A stretch of 64,000 bases of DNA from Cladosporium halotolerans. Taxonomy: Eukaryota. Positions 22,471 to 35,560 of the stretch are shown here, piece after piece. Below the pieces are notes generated by a model. That model made no database searches and had not been told where the DNA came from. It saw only the letters and a list, made by a program, of their open reading frames with translations. The stretch's first letter is position 1, and every line of letters starts with the position of its first letter. The position numbers and the translations under genes were made by a program. The stretch is from contig NW_027191484.1 of NCBI RefSeq assembly GCF_011745625.1, positions 1 through 64,000 of the forward strand, in the 5' to 3' direction.

Positions 22471-23577
22471 GGCTGCGATGAGAGCAAACAATGTGCGGCG
22501 GGTGGGTGAAAAGGTGAGGTCTGATCGAACGAGGCACACCGCACCATCCACGCTCACATGCGAGCTGAAGTCGGGCGTGGATTGCACTCGTCACTTGGCT
22601 TGGCGATCGTTGACGACGGCTTGGGCGGCCTCAGCAGCGGCCTGCGCCCTGCCGTAGTGTGGTTGATACACACCGTCTGATCCTGTACATGCACCCTCTG
22701 GCACGCCGGCACCCAGAGGCCGCCCCTCCGGTACGCGGTGGGCAGCATTCCTCAGGGGCGCAGTCGAGGCGCTGCTGAGCCGGCTGCGTCCCATCCCCCC
22801 GCCTGCCGCGCTCCATCACGAGCTCGACGGGTAGTCGCAGCACCCACGCTGCCGGTGGCCCTGCTATTGGCCCCGGGCACGGCCCAAGGCCAGAGGCCGC
22901 CCGCATGAACCTGTCGAGCCCATCTGCATATGCAGCCTGCGCGGGTGCGAGTTTGCCTTGAAACTCTCTGAGGCCCGCCGCCTCGGTTTGCTGCCGCCGC
23001 CGCTGTTGCTGGCAGGGCGGTGCGCCCTGCGATGCGCTCACCGGAGGCGGATCTCGCCGCCGCGCTGGCCAACACAGAGGCCGCAATGGGGGTGTCCTCG
23101 AGTGAGGTGTTCTGAGGTGACGGCGCAACTGTCTCGCGTCGCATTGCTGCCGTGACTCGACCGCCCGCCGCCCTGCGAAGCTCCCCGGCAGCCCTGTCTG
23201 TGATCATCTGTGAGGCGCGAGCCCTGGTTTGTTCTCCCGCCCTCCTCTGCGTCGTTCTATTTCCCTGCTCTCTACTCGACTGGCATCTCTGGTTGCTTAC
23301 CCTTGCACATCGGTCTCAGCCTTGTCTAACACATCGACCTGTCCCACGACGATCTTACTGCACCAATAACTTCTTTCAGCACCGACAGCAAACAACAGTC
23401 GCGGGATAAGTTAGTCAGCCTCACTCGAAATACGGCGCCTCACCTAGACAGAGACTATTGCGTGGTATGCCATACTATATCCCGAGATATCCACCGATTC
23501 GTAGCCTGAGTCCGAAGGCAAGACTCCTACAACCCACTGACTGAGGCTATATAGAACGTCTCCGTCCACCGTCCATC

Positions 23578-24886
23578 ATGGAGATGGCCGGCGGCTATGG
23601 ATTCGCGTCTCAGGACCTGTTCCCACAGTACGACCACGATGAAAGCCAGCAAATGCAAACGAGAGGCTCTATGCCCCAGCATTTTGGAGGGTCGTGGGCT
23701 CCTCAACCCTTGAATCCGTCAGTGTCGTTTGCGTCAAAGGACTGGGACTATCCCTACGATTTCATGCTTCAGGAAACGCAAGATGTCAACAGCACGGCCC
23801 AACAGTCCGTAGCGCCAGGACCAGCCATCGAGCTTGGTCCCCATCCCAACGATGATCTAGTGGAGCGGACCCATGTGATGAGCCTCGTCAAGCCTACAGA
23901 AGAAGCTTGGTGCCCGCCAGTGCTATCGTATGCCAAAAGCCAACTTGCTGGACATCGTTCGGCTCCCTTTCCCAGATCCAACGGGGTAAAGACAGGACCC
24001 TTCTTGGACTACAGGACGTTCAGTGTGGCCGAAAGCGATCAAACCTCGGCTCGTGATTCTGGCTATCTTTCTAGAACACCCAATGAACCTGCAATTTACA
24101 AGTCTACTCTATACCCTGACGACGTTTCAGAGATCTCGGCAATCTCTGGCTCCCACAAGCCTTCAATCGCAACGCTCAGGCCTCAGCCTGGACACTTTGC
24201 ATCGGATGGCCAGGTTCAAAGTTCTACCCAAAGGCGGAGACGTCTCAGTCACCCACTACCCGTGTGCAAGTATTGCAAGACCTATCAGCCCAAGAACCAA
24301 TCGGATCAGCTGTATGTTCCTAGCGTTCTGCCCCGGTGTCCGTTATGACTGACCCTATTTCAGTAAGCACGAACGGAGGCACCTCAAGCCTTTCAAATGC
24401 AAATATGCCGAGTGCAAGAAGATCGACGTGGGGTTTGCTACAAGCAATGACCTCGACCGCCACTACAAGTCCGGCAAGCATAATCAGGCTCCAACGAAAG
24501 GTGCACTCAAGGGCTACGTCTGTGCCGCCTGTACCCAGTCAAGTAGCGGGAAGCCAAAGTGGTGGCCGAGACAGGACAACTTCAAGGCGCACTGCGTCAG
24601 GAGGCACAAGAATTACAACGTCGATGACCTTATCAAAAGGTAACTATCCATGCTCAACACACGACACGGGACCCTTCGCTCACTCGTTTCCAGATCAGAG
24701 CACCAACAAAGACCTACAAATACCTATTCGGACGAAAACCGCACATCTTTCTCCGACCCAGCATACCAGCAGCAATCATTCTCTTACGAGCAGGACTTCT
24801 CTGGTGGCTACGACATTGCACCGCCCGGACAAGGTGAGATACTCTCGAAACCCAACATGCAGCCAGAGTTGCTCACTAGTATTTGA
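23578..24886 (+). CDS. C2H2 zinc-finger transcription factor (three fingers)
   Basis: Introns 24312-24363 and 24640-24693 give CKYC..KHERRH, FKCKYAEC..GFATSNDLDRHYKSGKH and YVCAAC..RQDNFKAHCVRRH. A further intron could extend the 3' end to about 25022. Confidence 0.85.
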
Positions 24887-25736
24887 AGAATCGCCATGGG
24901 AGAAGCACAAATCGCTGACTCTTACGCTCGCAGATCCCAACCTCCTAACTCACGTGGGTATGACAGACGTCATCACAGCTCCGGGTATGCAACACTGGGA
25001 TGCACATTCTTGGTCGATGTGACACGTTGCACAATATGGCCACGACCAATCGTTTTCCCGCCGCAGTAAACTTTTCGCCAGCGAGGACAAGCTTCGGCAA
25101 CCTTCACCGCTCATGGCTACTGAAACTACGACTACGCATTGAACTTCGCAGGCATGTTCGACTGCCATGAGTATTGCCGCAATACGTGTTTTGCAGCCTG
25201 ACAAGCACATGTCGGCATCAGAGATCGCCGCGTTACCGACTGCCCTCGAAAGTACCCTACCTTTGCGCAACTCGACCTCTGACCTGGATAGGAGATCAGC
25301 TAGTGCCGACAAGAGCGCAATCAGAAGGCATCGCCGATGGATCGAGGACGACCTCTTCTTGTACTTGATAGGCGAGTTGAGACGTGGCGGCAATAGCGCA
25401 AGTCCACTACAACTACGCCGACGGCCATTTCTTTACATTTCACCACACGCAGATTGATACTACCTCGGTGGGAAGCGGGGGGATCTCTTTGAACGCTTGT
25501 ACTGTACATTCATCCTCGCACGTTTTCTAGTTCTGCCGCGTCGTTGGACCATGCACTGAATTTCATAGAGGGGATGTGTTCCTAGAAGTACGGTATTTCC
25601 TAGTCGATACTGATGTATTCTAAGAAAGAAAGTGAGAGAGAGACAAGCCTTCCGTTGACCTGCAACGTGACGAAAGAAAATCATCAGCACCAAACCCACT
25701 CTCGCTCCACCCAGAGCCCTCGACATCAACCCGCCA

Positions 25737-27755
25737 TCAAGGCAGCGACATCCACAGCTCCAGCATCTTCGGATAATTCGGCGTCCCCAGGCCCGTCGCC
25801 GGATCCCAGCCCGCGACCGCCTCCCACCCCTCTACGCCACACCCCTTGTTGCTCCCCAGCGTCACATCGTTGAACACCTCCGGGTGTGCGTAGGCCGTCG
25901 GGTTCACAAACCCAACGCTACTCTTCCCAGCCTTCAAGCGCTGCTGGTTGATCAGCGTCAGAATGCTTCCAAGCACGGGCGTCGACGCCGACGTGCCGTA
26001 CGCGAGCCCCCACTCCGCGTTCGCCGCGAACGCGAAGTTCGCCCCGTTCGCGCTGATGTCCGGGTAGCCGCGCGTCTGCTGGCTGCTGTTGTAGCGGTCG
26101 CTGCTGTAGGCCGGCGGGTGGTCGGCGAACCACTGCTTCACCGTCGCCGCCTGGTAGTCCGGCAGTTCGAAGACGTTGCTGAAGCCGCCGCCGGAGTAGG
26201 CGAAGCGCGCGCAGGTCTGCTCCGGCTGCTGCCCGGCGGCGAGGGCCTCGACGACGTTGGTGTTTTCGATCACCTGCGTGCCGCCGACGGCGGTGATGTA
26301 CGGGCAGCTGGCGGGGAAGGAGGGGTTGAAGGTGCCGTAGGTGCCGTCGGTGTAGGAGGCGTTGGGGCCCGGTGCGCGGTTGGCCGGGTCAATGCATTGG
26401 TTGGAGATGCCGGAGACGCCGTAGTCGCCGCTGGAGACGAGGAAGGAGGAGCCCATGAGGCCGAATTTGAGGTATTCGTTGCATTGGCGTCGTTCGTAGG
26501 CGGGCAGCAGGTCGTGCTCGTTGTAGGCGTAGGAGATGCTCACGACTTTGGCAGGTTCATAGGCGCCACAGGTGTGGAATCCTTTGTACCCGCCGGGGCT
26601 GGGATCGGGATAGATGGTGTCGGATACGGGATCATCGCCTTCGCAGTACGAAGCATCGAAAGCGTCGAGGAAGTTGTTGAAGCTGGCACCCCGGACGACG
26701 TCTCCGACCTGGTACAGAGTGACCTTTTGCGGGTACACCAGGGTCATCGCGTATTCGAGGTCGAGGTCTGACTCGCAATTGAACTGGCAGGATTTGTTCT
26801 GCTGCTGGACGATCGCTCCGCTGATCATCTTCTCTATAGGGCGTTCGCCGACAACTCTTTGGCTGTAGTTAGAGAAGAAGATGTCAAGATCCATGCCGAT
26901 GTAAGCTTGTGGCGAAAACTCTGCGACGCCGAAACTATTGCCTTCCGCGACCTCTTCGTTGATGGGAATTTCATAGAGGGCTCGCAGGCACGCTGGAGTG
27001 GTCTGCTGGTCGCAGTCCACCAGCTCGTGGCTGAGATCCGATTTATCGATCCATTGCGTCGTCTTATACAGCCATCCAGAACTTGGCTCGCCGATACGAG
27101 GACCGTTGGCATCGCGAGATGCCAGGTTGTTCGTGTTGTCGTCGCGACGAATGAGAGGAATGTCAAAATGGACCGACGGATAGACGAAGTCGATGTGTTT
27201 CTGGATGTTTTCTGGGACACTGTACTCATCGCATACAACATGCGACATCCCGGAATCCTCATGTTCCCAAACGTGATACTTGGTTTGGAGGAGACGCCCG
27301 GCATCCTCAGCCGTGGCATTGAAGTGGAGCCAGGCGCGGCTCTGCGACTGCCAGATGCGGCCCGAAGAGACACCAGCGGAATGAAGCCAGTCCCTGACCG
27401 CCGTCACAGTTTCATCGCTAGACGTTGTTCAGTATGACGTTCCACGCGTTTCGAATACCGTGACACTGTACCTCGGAGCAAAGGCCTCTGCGACCTCCTT
27501 CGCACTCCAGTGCTGCCCGTACTTCTCCGAGCCCGGATGAGAGACCTGCATTAGCCACTCGTGACCTCTCTCAAGGTTGCTCTGTACGAGAGCGATTCGC
27601 ATTGGCAGAATGGCTCTGTTGTTTATTTCACTACGGCGAGTCCAGCCAGCCGGGTGGGTACTTCTCCTTTCGTGAACCGCATGATGCTGCGTGAGAGGCG
27701 AGGCGAGGGAACCGTAAACCAGGAGATTGGTAATGATTGAAGCGATGAAGAGCAT
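25737..27755 (-). CDS. Secreted sedolisin / tripeptidyl-peptidase (S53) with pro-domain
   Basis: Signal peptide; intron 27418-27471; catalytic ESDLD, SSGDYG and GTSASTP; Ca-binding GWDPATGLGTPN. Confidence 0.95.
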
Positions 27756-28952
27756 TGTGAAAGGGTATCTCCGTTATGCAAACGTCCAGTGACTCCCACG
27801 CTCCGTCGATGAGCAGCAGGACGAGTCTCTTATAGACGGCCTTTGCGCCATCGTGTCAGGTCTGTTGGGTGTGTGAAATTCATGGCTGCATGGATTACGC
27901 AGCTTGTATGGCTCTTCATCGTAAGCCATTACGGCTAGGCTCGGCCTTCACTATTCTTCGCCAAAGACATCCCTGGTTTGGTAGAATGGTATGATGAGGC
28001 GGCGTCGGCGGGTCCACCTTGAGACCGTGCCATGATCACAAGGTCTAATCAGCAGATCTTGTCCGACGACACTTGTAAGAAGGGCCACTGGTCTCGAGAT
28101 GAAGCCAGCGGTTCATGGACAGCGAGTTGAGGCTGGTATGACAAAGCTTATTTTCGAAAAGATGATCAATTTCAGGAAAATGCACAGCCGTACTGAATTT
28201 GAGCACATGGCGGTGTAGATGGTACGTGGTCAGGTTACCATAGAGATCGTGTACTCCCAGTTTTGTCTGAAAAACTTAAGCAGCGTGCCTTGTTTTCTAA
28301 ACGAGCACGCATAGATGTCCAACAGCCACAATTGTGGGCTTCGCTGACTGAGGTTGACGCTGAGACATCTTTTGAGCCGCAAGGGAACACAGCTGCCTGG
28401 ACTTTTAGCCTTATTCAGCCCATGTGCGTCGCCACTAACGTGTTGATATGTGCACTTTGAGGTCGGAATATGAGGATTGCTAGCATTGAGATGGTGAGTT
28501 CTTTCTTGAAATTCCATTAGTCTGATACTCTCTCAGAGAAAAGCGGGACCAGCGTCCATTGTCATCGCGGATACGGTGCTCCAATAATTGACAGATCATT
28601 CCCGAAAAGCGCCAAAACGCCACCATTTACCCGTGATCAGCTGTAGCGTTGAAAGTCGTCGTGGCGATCTAGCGATATATCATGTAGATTGTGCTGATTT
28701 CGCCCACGCGTGTATCCTCTATTTAGTCGAGTTTCCCGGGCATACCAGGCAGAGCTGGAAGGTTGTATTGCATCACAAAGGTCCTGAGGTCGGACCAGTG
28801 CTCTGAGTGAGCAAAGCTGAACGCACATGTCAGTCTCGACGACGCGCCCCGAAGCCAACGCACGACAGCAAAAGATCATGCATCTCAAAGGAAAAGAGGA
28901 TGTGCAGAGAAATGTGCATTGGGTATCCAAAGCTTCGTGAATCGTAATTTTC

Positions 28953-29823
28953 TTATTTGTTGTGCCAAACGAAATTCTGCAGGCCATCCCAAGTGTCCGC
29001 GTTGTTGTATCTGGACAAGAGAAAGTCGCCGTCAGCCCTGTGTCAGTTGCAGCGACGATAAGGCCGCTTATGTCACAATCGCTCATGGTGTAAACAGGAG
29101 TTCTGGGGGGAAGAAAAGGCCGCACGTACATGTACGTCATGCTGTTTCGCAGACTTGGTTGCAGCATCTCTGGGTACCACCTGAAGAGCCACATGACACT
29201 GGCCCAACTCAAACTGGCAAATACAGGCCAGGACCGCTTTCTCACGAGCTCCAGTTGCTGCTCGCTCAAACCAAAGATACCCTTGCCGCCATGTCCGCCG
29301 TATGCGCCACCAATCAAGGTGTTGTCCCCAGGTGGTTGAACCGCCAGCTTGGCTAAGCCCAGCACTACTCTTGCAAACACGTAAATGCAGATCTGCTGAC
29401 TGACGCTGCTGAACTGTGCTTTCCCATGTCCAAAGACCCAGTAACCACCGAAGAGGCCCGCAAAGAAAGAATGGATGCTTTGTTCTTTGCCGTTGACATT
29501 TCTCAATGCCAGCATGGAGGACTTGTAAAGGAAAGCGAATTTCGCAAGGTTGAAAGCGTGTAATCGGGTGGCTTTGTAGATAGCCCAGAGTTTCTCGCGT
29601 ACCGTTCCTGACCGGAAGAGGAAGATCATGACCAGGGCATGAGGGAATCGAACTTTGACGCCGTAGACGAGGCCATTCCGGATCGCTTTGAGGAGCACGA
29701 GTGGTTGGTGGTATTTAGGGTCCAGAATGACCTTCTCGAGTTCGCCCTGAGGGGTTGTTAGTCGCACATCTCGTAGACCTTCCGACCCCAGGGACGTACC
29801 TGAATAGCCTTGAGATCGTCCAT
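28953..29823 (-). CDS. PXMP4: Peroxisomal membrane protein 4 (Tim17/PXMP4 family)
   Basis: ATG 29823; introns 29747-29799 and 29011-29129; RNGLVYGVKVRFPHALVMIFLF; ends LQNFVWHNK. Confidence 0.92.
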
Positions 29824-30365
29824 GATGATGCCGAGCACGCCGCTTGGCTTCAGAGCCTTGCTTCTTCCTAAGGTCAGGTGGTAGCGGATTCAAGAAAAAC
29901 ACGTCGCGGGTAGAATCGCGATTGAAGCAGTTGTGGATTGTAGATGCTATGGAGAGCACCCTGCCGCGATTCTGCATGTGCACCCAAAGCCACGACTTCA
30001 GAGCCGCAAGGAACCTCGGCTTGTGAGCTTCCCCAGACACGCGCGCGTGCCAACTGACGTCGGCATCATTTTCACATGCCCGAGCCGGCCGAGACCGCCG
30101 AGCCGAACCGAGAGAAGAGACATGCTGGGCGAGCGGAGATGGTTGGATAGGTAAGCGCTGGGCACCGCCTGAGGCCTTCGATAATAACATTATGGTGTCA
30201 CTATAGTGAAAATTCACGAAATGCTACATCCTCATTTCAATGAAGTCAATGCCGTTTGCGAAGGAACATGGAATGTTGTGTTGTGAGCTATCTGCCATTG
30301 CTAGACCGACGTGCATGGCATTTGTGTTGGACTACGCTCCATGATATACATCGCATTTCCTGCCC

Positions 30366-32600
30366 CTATGCCTCCGTCTTAATTTCTTGCTTATCCTCAA
30401 GGCCCTTCTCCACCACACCAGGCCTCCATTTAGCCAAGTGTTTTTCGGCCGGCTTCCTAGCGTCCTCATTTTCCCGCCATAGAGTCTCGAGCGCATCCAG
30501 TGCTGCTTCTCTCGCAGGCGGCCTGAACATGACAAGGTAAAGCAATGCTTGCACGACAAGGTTCACGCGTTCCGGATCATCCGCGATCTTTCGCAGCCTG
30601 GGGAAAATCTCGGCGGGTAGGGACGGGATCTCGGACACGAGTCGAATGAGAACCCTGTTGTCTTTCGTATCGAGGTACGGAATCAAAGAATCCATTAATC
30701 GAATAGTGTAGGAAACGTAAGTCGGCGTTGTGTCTTCCGAGCCACGAGTTCCCTTCTGCTCTTGCAACACGCGATCGCAGTACCACTCTTCGTTTAGCCA
30801 GGAGATCGCCACATTGATTCTGGCGCGGAAGTTTTCCATCACATAGTTGAGCAGAGATTCTCTGATGCCTGCAGACGGAAAGAAATTGCTCCCCTTCTTT
30901 GTTAAGGCACGGTCGCCGTTCTCTTGTTTTACCGGAGCGTCACCATCTTCGAGCTCGAACTGCGACCGAGTTGCCAGCCGTGTGATGAGAGCAAGCCAGC
31001 CCTCTCTGTCGTGATTGGGCACGGGGGCCCTGCTGAATCCTTTGGGAAGCTCGAGCTTTTTGACTCCTTTCTGCCTGGCGTCGCGATCCATCTCTGCAAG
31101 AGTCTCGAACACATGAGTGACGCTGTCCTTGCCATACTCATTCTTCTCTTGGTCCGTCAGTGGTGCCGGAGTGGGAAGTTTGAAGGGTCCGATCGCTATT
31201 CCAGGCCCTTCGAAGCCTTCTGGAGGCATCTGGTCAAGTCTGTTGAGCACCTGCTCCGCATCTCCTCCCATGGTCATTGACGGGTCGTAGTCGTCTTCGT
31301 CATCACCAATGGCTGCTCTTGCGGCATCTGCAGCATCTGGTGGTGGCTGCTTACTGAGGTTGAGATATCTCGACTTTACGATGTTGATTGCTTCATCAAA
31401 GCTGGCTTGATCCACTGACTGCATCAGAGGTGGTATCAATTGCGCAACGAGGTTGTGTGGAATTGCCGTAACATCGAAGCTTGTCGCAGCCTTGTCTTCC
31501 GAGAGAGTGAACAGGTGGGCGACAGTAGATCCATGCGGTATATGTGTAGACGGTTGGATTCTTGCTTGTGACGTTGCAGAGCCAGCTGAGGCCGCTTCCT
31601 CGACACGCTGACGTTTGGCGTCATCTAACCCGTCTGTTGGGTCGTCCGGGGCTGGTCGCTTCAGTTGATTCGCATCTGAGAAGGCCTGAATGAGGCCATG
31701 TCGAAGACGTTCAACGTGTTGCTGTATCCTTCCCCCAAGAGTATGATGTGGGTTGCGCTTGAGAACATGAAGCAAGAACGTCATTGTCGTGCGTGTCATA
31801 CTTCTGACGGAGATCTTGTCCCTGCCAGACATTGTTCGAGAAGCAAGCTTGAGCGGGTTAAAATTGAGTACAGTGCCCAAAATCTTGTTGCTGATGCTTG
31901 CTCTCCGTTGAACGATAAAGGAGAGGGCATTCAGTGTCGCAGTCACCAACAGCGCATCCTCTGCGTCCTCCTGGAGCACATAAAGCAGACGATCTAGCAA
32001 ACCACTCGCCTCTGCCTCCAAGTTGCCGACCTTGAGTACTGCATGTTCTCTAGGCACGAGTGCAAGACTGACTTCATTCTGCTCCTGTCGTCGCGGATCG
32101 GCAATCAGGCCTGGGGTCTGGACTTGCACAACCATAGCAACGAATTTTACGCAGCATATCCTCACACCGAAAGGTGCCGTGTCCATGCGACGCAAAATGC
32201 TCATCTTTATGGCAGCCATCTTTTTCCACGCCTCATCGTTTGACGTGCTCATCGTGTGTCTGAAGACGAGAGGATACACACTCGCCGCGCACTGAACTGC
32301 ACTCTTCACCACAGCCGGATCCTCCTCGTCGCCCACCTGCGCCTTTCTGTCCAGATATGAGCCCAGCGTGTCCAATACCCCACTGCCCACGCACATCTTT
32401 TGCTTGTCCTCCGCGTTGATGACAGGCGACGCAAATGTCTCTGCAAGAAAGTCGGCACCCCATCTTCGCTGCTCAACAGGCGTCGAGATACCAATTACTG
32501 GCAGCACTCCAGGGACGACTTGAGGGTAGATTGTCGCATCTCTGAGGACGATGTCACGAGCCGAGTTCAGCTGCCTTATTGTTTCCGCTGGTGAACTCAT
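30366..32600 (-). CDS. PTA1: Symplekin/Pta1 mRNA 3'-processing subunit
   Basis: 744-aa single ORF; HEAT-like N-terminus with GVRICCVKF and LEAEASGLLDRLL; AISWLNEEWY; LLYLVMFRPP. Confidence 0.9.
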   Translation of the reverse strand: MSSPAETIRQLNSARDIVLRDATIYPQVVPGVLPVIGISTPVEQRRWGADFLAETFASPVINAEDKQKMCVGSGVLDTLGSYLDRKAQVGDEEDPAVVKSAVQCAASVYPLVFRHTMSTSNDEAWKKMAAIKMSILRRMDTAPFGVRICCVKFVAMVVQVQTPGLIADPRRQEQNEVSLALVPREHAVLKVGNLEAEASGLLDRLLYVLQEDAEDALLVTATLNALSFIVQRRASISNKILGTVLNFNPLKLASRTMSGRDKISVRSMTRTTMTFLLHVLKRNPHHTLGGRIQQHVERLRHGLIQAFSDANQLKRPAPDDPTDGLDDAKRQRVEEAASAGSATSQARIQPSTHIPHGSTVAHLFTLSEDKAATSFDVTAIPHNLVAQLIPPLMQSVDQASFDEAINIVKSRYLNLSKQPPPDAADAARAAIGDDEDDYDPSMTMGGDAEQVLNRLDQMPPEGFEGPGIAIGPFKLPTPAPLTDQEKNEYGKDSVTHVFETLAEMDRDARQKGVKKLELPKGFSRAPVPNHDREGWLALITRLATRSQFELEDGDAPVKQENGDRALTKKGSNFFPSAGIRESLLNYVMENFRARINVAISWLNEEWYCDRVLQEQKGTRGSEDTTPTYVSYTIRLMDSLIPYLDTKDNRVLIRLVSEIPSLPAEIFPRLRKIADDPERVNLVVQALLYLVMFRPPAREAALDALETLWRENEDARKPAEKHLAKWRPGVVEKGLEDKQEIKTEA

Positions 32601-33068
32601 ATTGAGAACTTATGGGGTATGCAGAACGTGATCACGGCAATCCAAGCCTCGCTCGCGCGCCTGTTGGCTTCACTGATGACTATCCTTCCAGGAGGCCGCC
32701 TTGGATCTCTATAAAGGCAAAGGAACGACGACAACAGCTTTCCGCAGGCTCATGACACGCGGGCGAAATATGGTGGTTGCGCGCGCAAAGTACGGAGACA
32801 CGGTGGCGTTTAGTAATGAGTCGGCTCGGTTGTCGTGAGTAGGTGGTGTCGAGATCAATGGAGAGGGTTGCGCAAAGGAAACGCCGTACGTGCGGCTGGC
32901 TTGCAAGCATGCGCGTGAAGCTCTCTCGGGATGCGCGCGCCAGCTTCCTTGTTCGGCTGCGGCTTCCCGAGACTGGCGCTAGCCTTGGCATATGATCTCG
33001 AAGACCCTCGTTCGAGATCAACCTTGGGAAGAAGGCGACATTCGCTCAGCACCGGCTACACTGTCAAA

Positions 33069-33451
33069 ATGCCTCTCGGACGGTACGTACATACGGCAAA
33101 TACATGCGTGCTTTATTGAAACTAATGCAACGCACAGCATGCCCCAGTCGTCGTACTACGACAAGCAGAATCGCCCGACCGCTGCGCTTTACCGCGCTCG
33201 CCAGCCCTACCTGGTCAAAAACACTCTCACCGGTCTATTGCTGCTGGGATTTGTTGGCGGTGTCTGTGAGTGGGAATTGCGGGCCAACCGCCCTGGATTT
33301 TCATAGCTGACATCCGCGCGCAGACACATACACTCTCAAGGCTATTGGCCAGGACGACTTCAGCGACGTGCCCATACCCGATGCACCTGTGCAGACCGGC
33401 GCAACAGTAGGCAGCACACCGAGCAACGCCATTCCCAACCAGAAACAATGA
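33069..33451 (+). CDS. COA3: Cytochrome c oxidase assembly factor 3
   Basis: Introns 33083-33137 and 33266-33323 give ALYRARQPYLVKNTLTGLLLLGFVGGVYTYTLKAIGQDDFSDVPIP. Confidence 0.9.
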
Positions 33452-33775
33452 GTCCTGAGGACAGATGTGGTGAGATTTGATAAGATGTACAAATGGGCAA
33501 TGCAATGCATATGGCAGGCGTTTGGCGAATTGGTGGCATGAAAATACTGTTGATGCGCGGGACTTGTAAAGATACCAGGGAGGATGTACCATACACCTGG
33601 GCTTGGTCCCTTGATACTCTCAACTATACTAAGATTTGCACTTTCATGGAGCAGATATTACGTGACGGATCGTGTCAAAGACATATGAAACTCTTTCCGC
33701 AGCTCTGTTGCTGGTCGGGATATATACAGATTTGAACAATTGCGCCTTTCTACGTTTACCGTCTTATCATCTCCT

Positions 33776-34538
33776 CTAACCGCTGTCCGAAGCGGCCGGT
33801 GTACGCTTAGCAAACGGCGTCACAGGCTGCTCCCTGGGAACCCTGTTCTCCTTCACCTCTTGAAGCTTCCTCTCGTTCTGCTCGAATGCCTCCTTTTCGT
33901 ACTTGGCGATCAGGTGGTCGAGGTTGGCACCGCCGTGTCCGGCAGGGACGTTCCAGGGCGAGCTCACGTTGAAGATCCTATCGCATTGGCATTAGTGCTC
34001 GTTCAGTCTTGATTTTTTCCCCGACACAGGCATGGCTTTTCCGCTCCAACCATAATCCTTCTGTTTCTTCCTCATGCAACTACTCGAGTGGGGACATACT
34101 CAGGGAACCTCAGGTCAACGTGACGGACTGCGTTGCTGGCTTCGTTCAAGAACAGGACTCTGTCTGCCGCAGCCTGCTCAATCATGTCCGTGTGAGCGTT
34201 GTTGCGCTCCGCCCAAGTGTTTGCGTATTTGTTGTAGGTGTTCGTGATCAGGCGGGTGAAGTAAGGCTCCTTGTCGCCAGAAGTGGCATAGTTGAGGCCG
34301 AGGAAGGTGACAGGGACAGCAGTGATCGCGACGTAGAAACCAGCCTATACATCGATTAGTAGCTTAGACTACAGCGCGCAGAAGCGCAATCGAAGTTTCT
34401 GGCAGAACATACGCCGAAGCTCTCAGTGCCGGAGGAGGTGTGGTGCGCGTCGCCGGCGCCGTGGCTCGCGTAGCGACGCTGAATTTGGGATCGCACACCA
34501 CGCGCGGAGCGCAGTGCTGCTCTTTGAAGGGGTTGCAT
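33776..34538 (-). CDS. NADH:ubiquinone oxidoreductase 17.8-kDa accessory subunit (fungal)
   Basis: Presequence ..RRYASH; two introns (about 34346-34412 and 33978-34099); WAERNNAHTDMIEQAAADRVLF and FPEIFNVSSPWNVPAGH. Confidence 0.85.
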
Positions 34539-35005
34539 TGTACGGGGGCGAGCCAATGGGCGTGTGTAGGGCTCGTATACCAGATGGTCATCGCAGGGTG
34601 AGGTTCAATGCTGGCTCTGCGGCTACACCCGTGCCCGCGCCAAGGCTTACTCAGACGTAACCTCGCTCCAACGTCACTTCACGAACACTGAGTACACAAT
34701 GCTCAAGTAGATGCGCAACTGAGGTTGGATATCTACATGCCGTAAATTTCACGCCTACTCTGATTTACGTGAGAGTCATTGATTAGCATCCAATGTTTAA
34801 TTGAATGGAGGCATGACATAAAAGCATTCTGCGAAAAGCAATCGTTCATCATTCAATCAATCCTACGTACAGACCAGCCGATCTGTAGCTCTCTCCAAAA
34901 CCCCGTCTTGAATTCGTCTCTCTAGCCATTGTGGAATCCCAGCGTCATTGGACGCAAGCCTTCATCAGTGTGAGAAGGCCAACACCATGGCGCAGACGCG
35001 ATAGC

Positions 35006-35560
35006 CTACTCGAATGGACCATTCGCGTTCTGAAAGAACCCGGGATTGTAGCCATACGGGTTCTCGTGCTTGTCGAACTCGAATCCAAGCCCCATCGGCG
35101 GCTCGACCGACTGCTGGTTCTCGACCTTAGCCTTCTTCGGTTGGGTGTTCTTCGCTGGAATCACCTCGTCGTCGTCTTCGTCCACATCGGTCTCTATTGA
35201 GTAGCGTAATGTTAGCGATCAGACATCAAAGCAAAATGCGGTTGTTTTTTACGTACTGCCGCGCTTCTTGCCCACCACCGAAGTCGACTTCTTAGCTCCC
35301 TTGCGCTTTCTTGGAACAGCGGCGCCACCGTCAAGCTGGGCAGCCAGCTCTTTGGCGCGAGTCTTGACGGCACGGAATTGGTGCTGGAACGCGGCGGTGG
35401 TACGCTTGCCATCGAGCTGCGCCATGAGGTCGTAGGCCTTGCCGCTGAGGGTGGCACCCTTGCTTTCCAAGACAGCCAGGACACAGGCCATGGTCTCGAA
35501 GGTGAAGCTCCGGCCGTCGAGCTTTTCTTTCGGCGTGGTGAGAGACTTTTCATTCGACAT
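35006..35560 (-). CDS. Small fungal protein with helical (Myb-like?) N-domain and basic/acidic tail
   Basis: YDLMAQLDGKRTTAAFQHQFRAVK; intron 35194-35256 continues in frame to the TAG at 35006. Confidence 0.7.

Noticed and set aside
28637..30217. 526-aa ORF as a single large protein
   Set aside because: Chance read-through around the three-exon PXMP4 gene.
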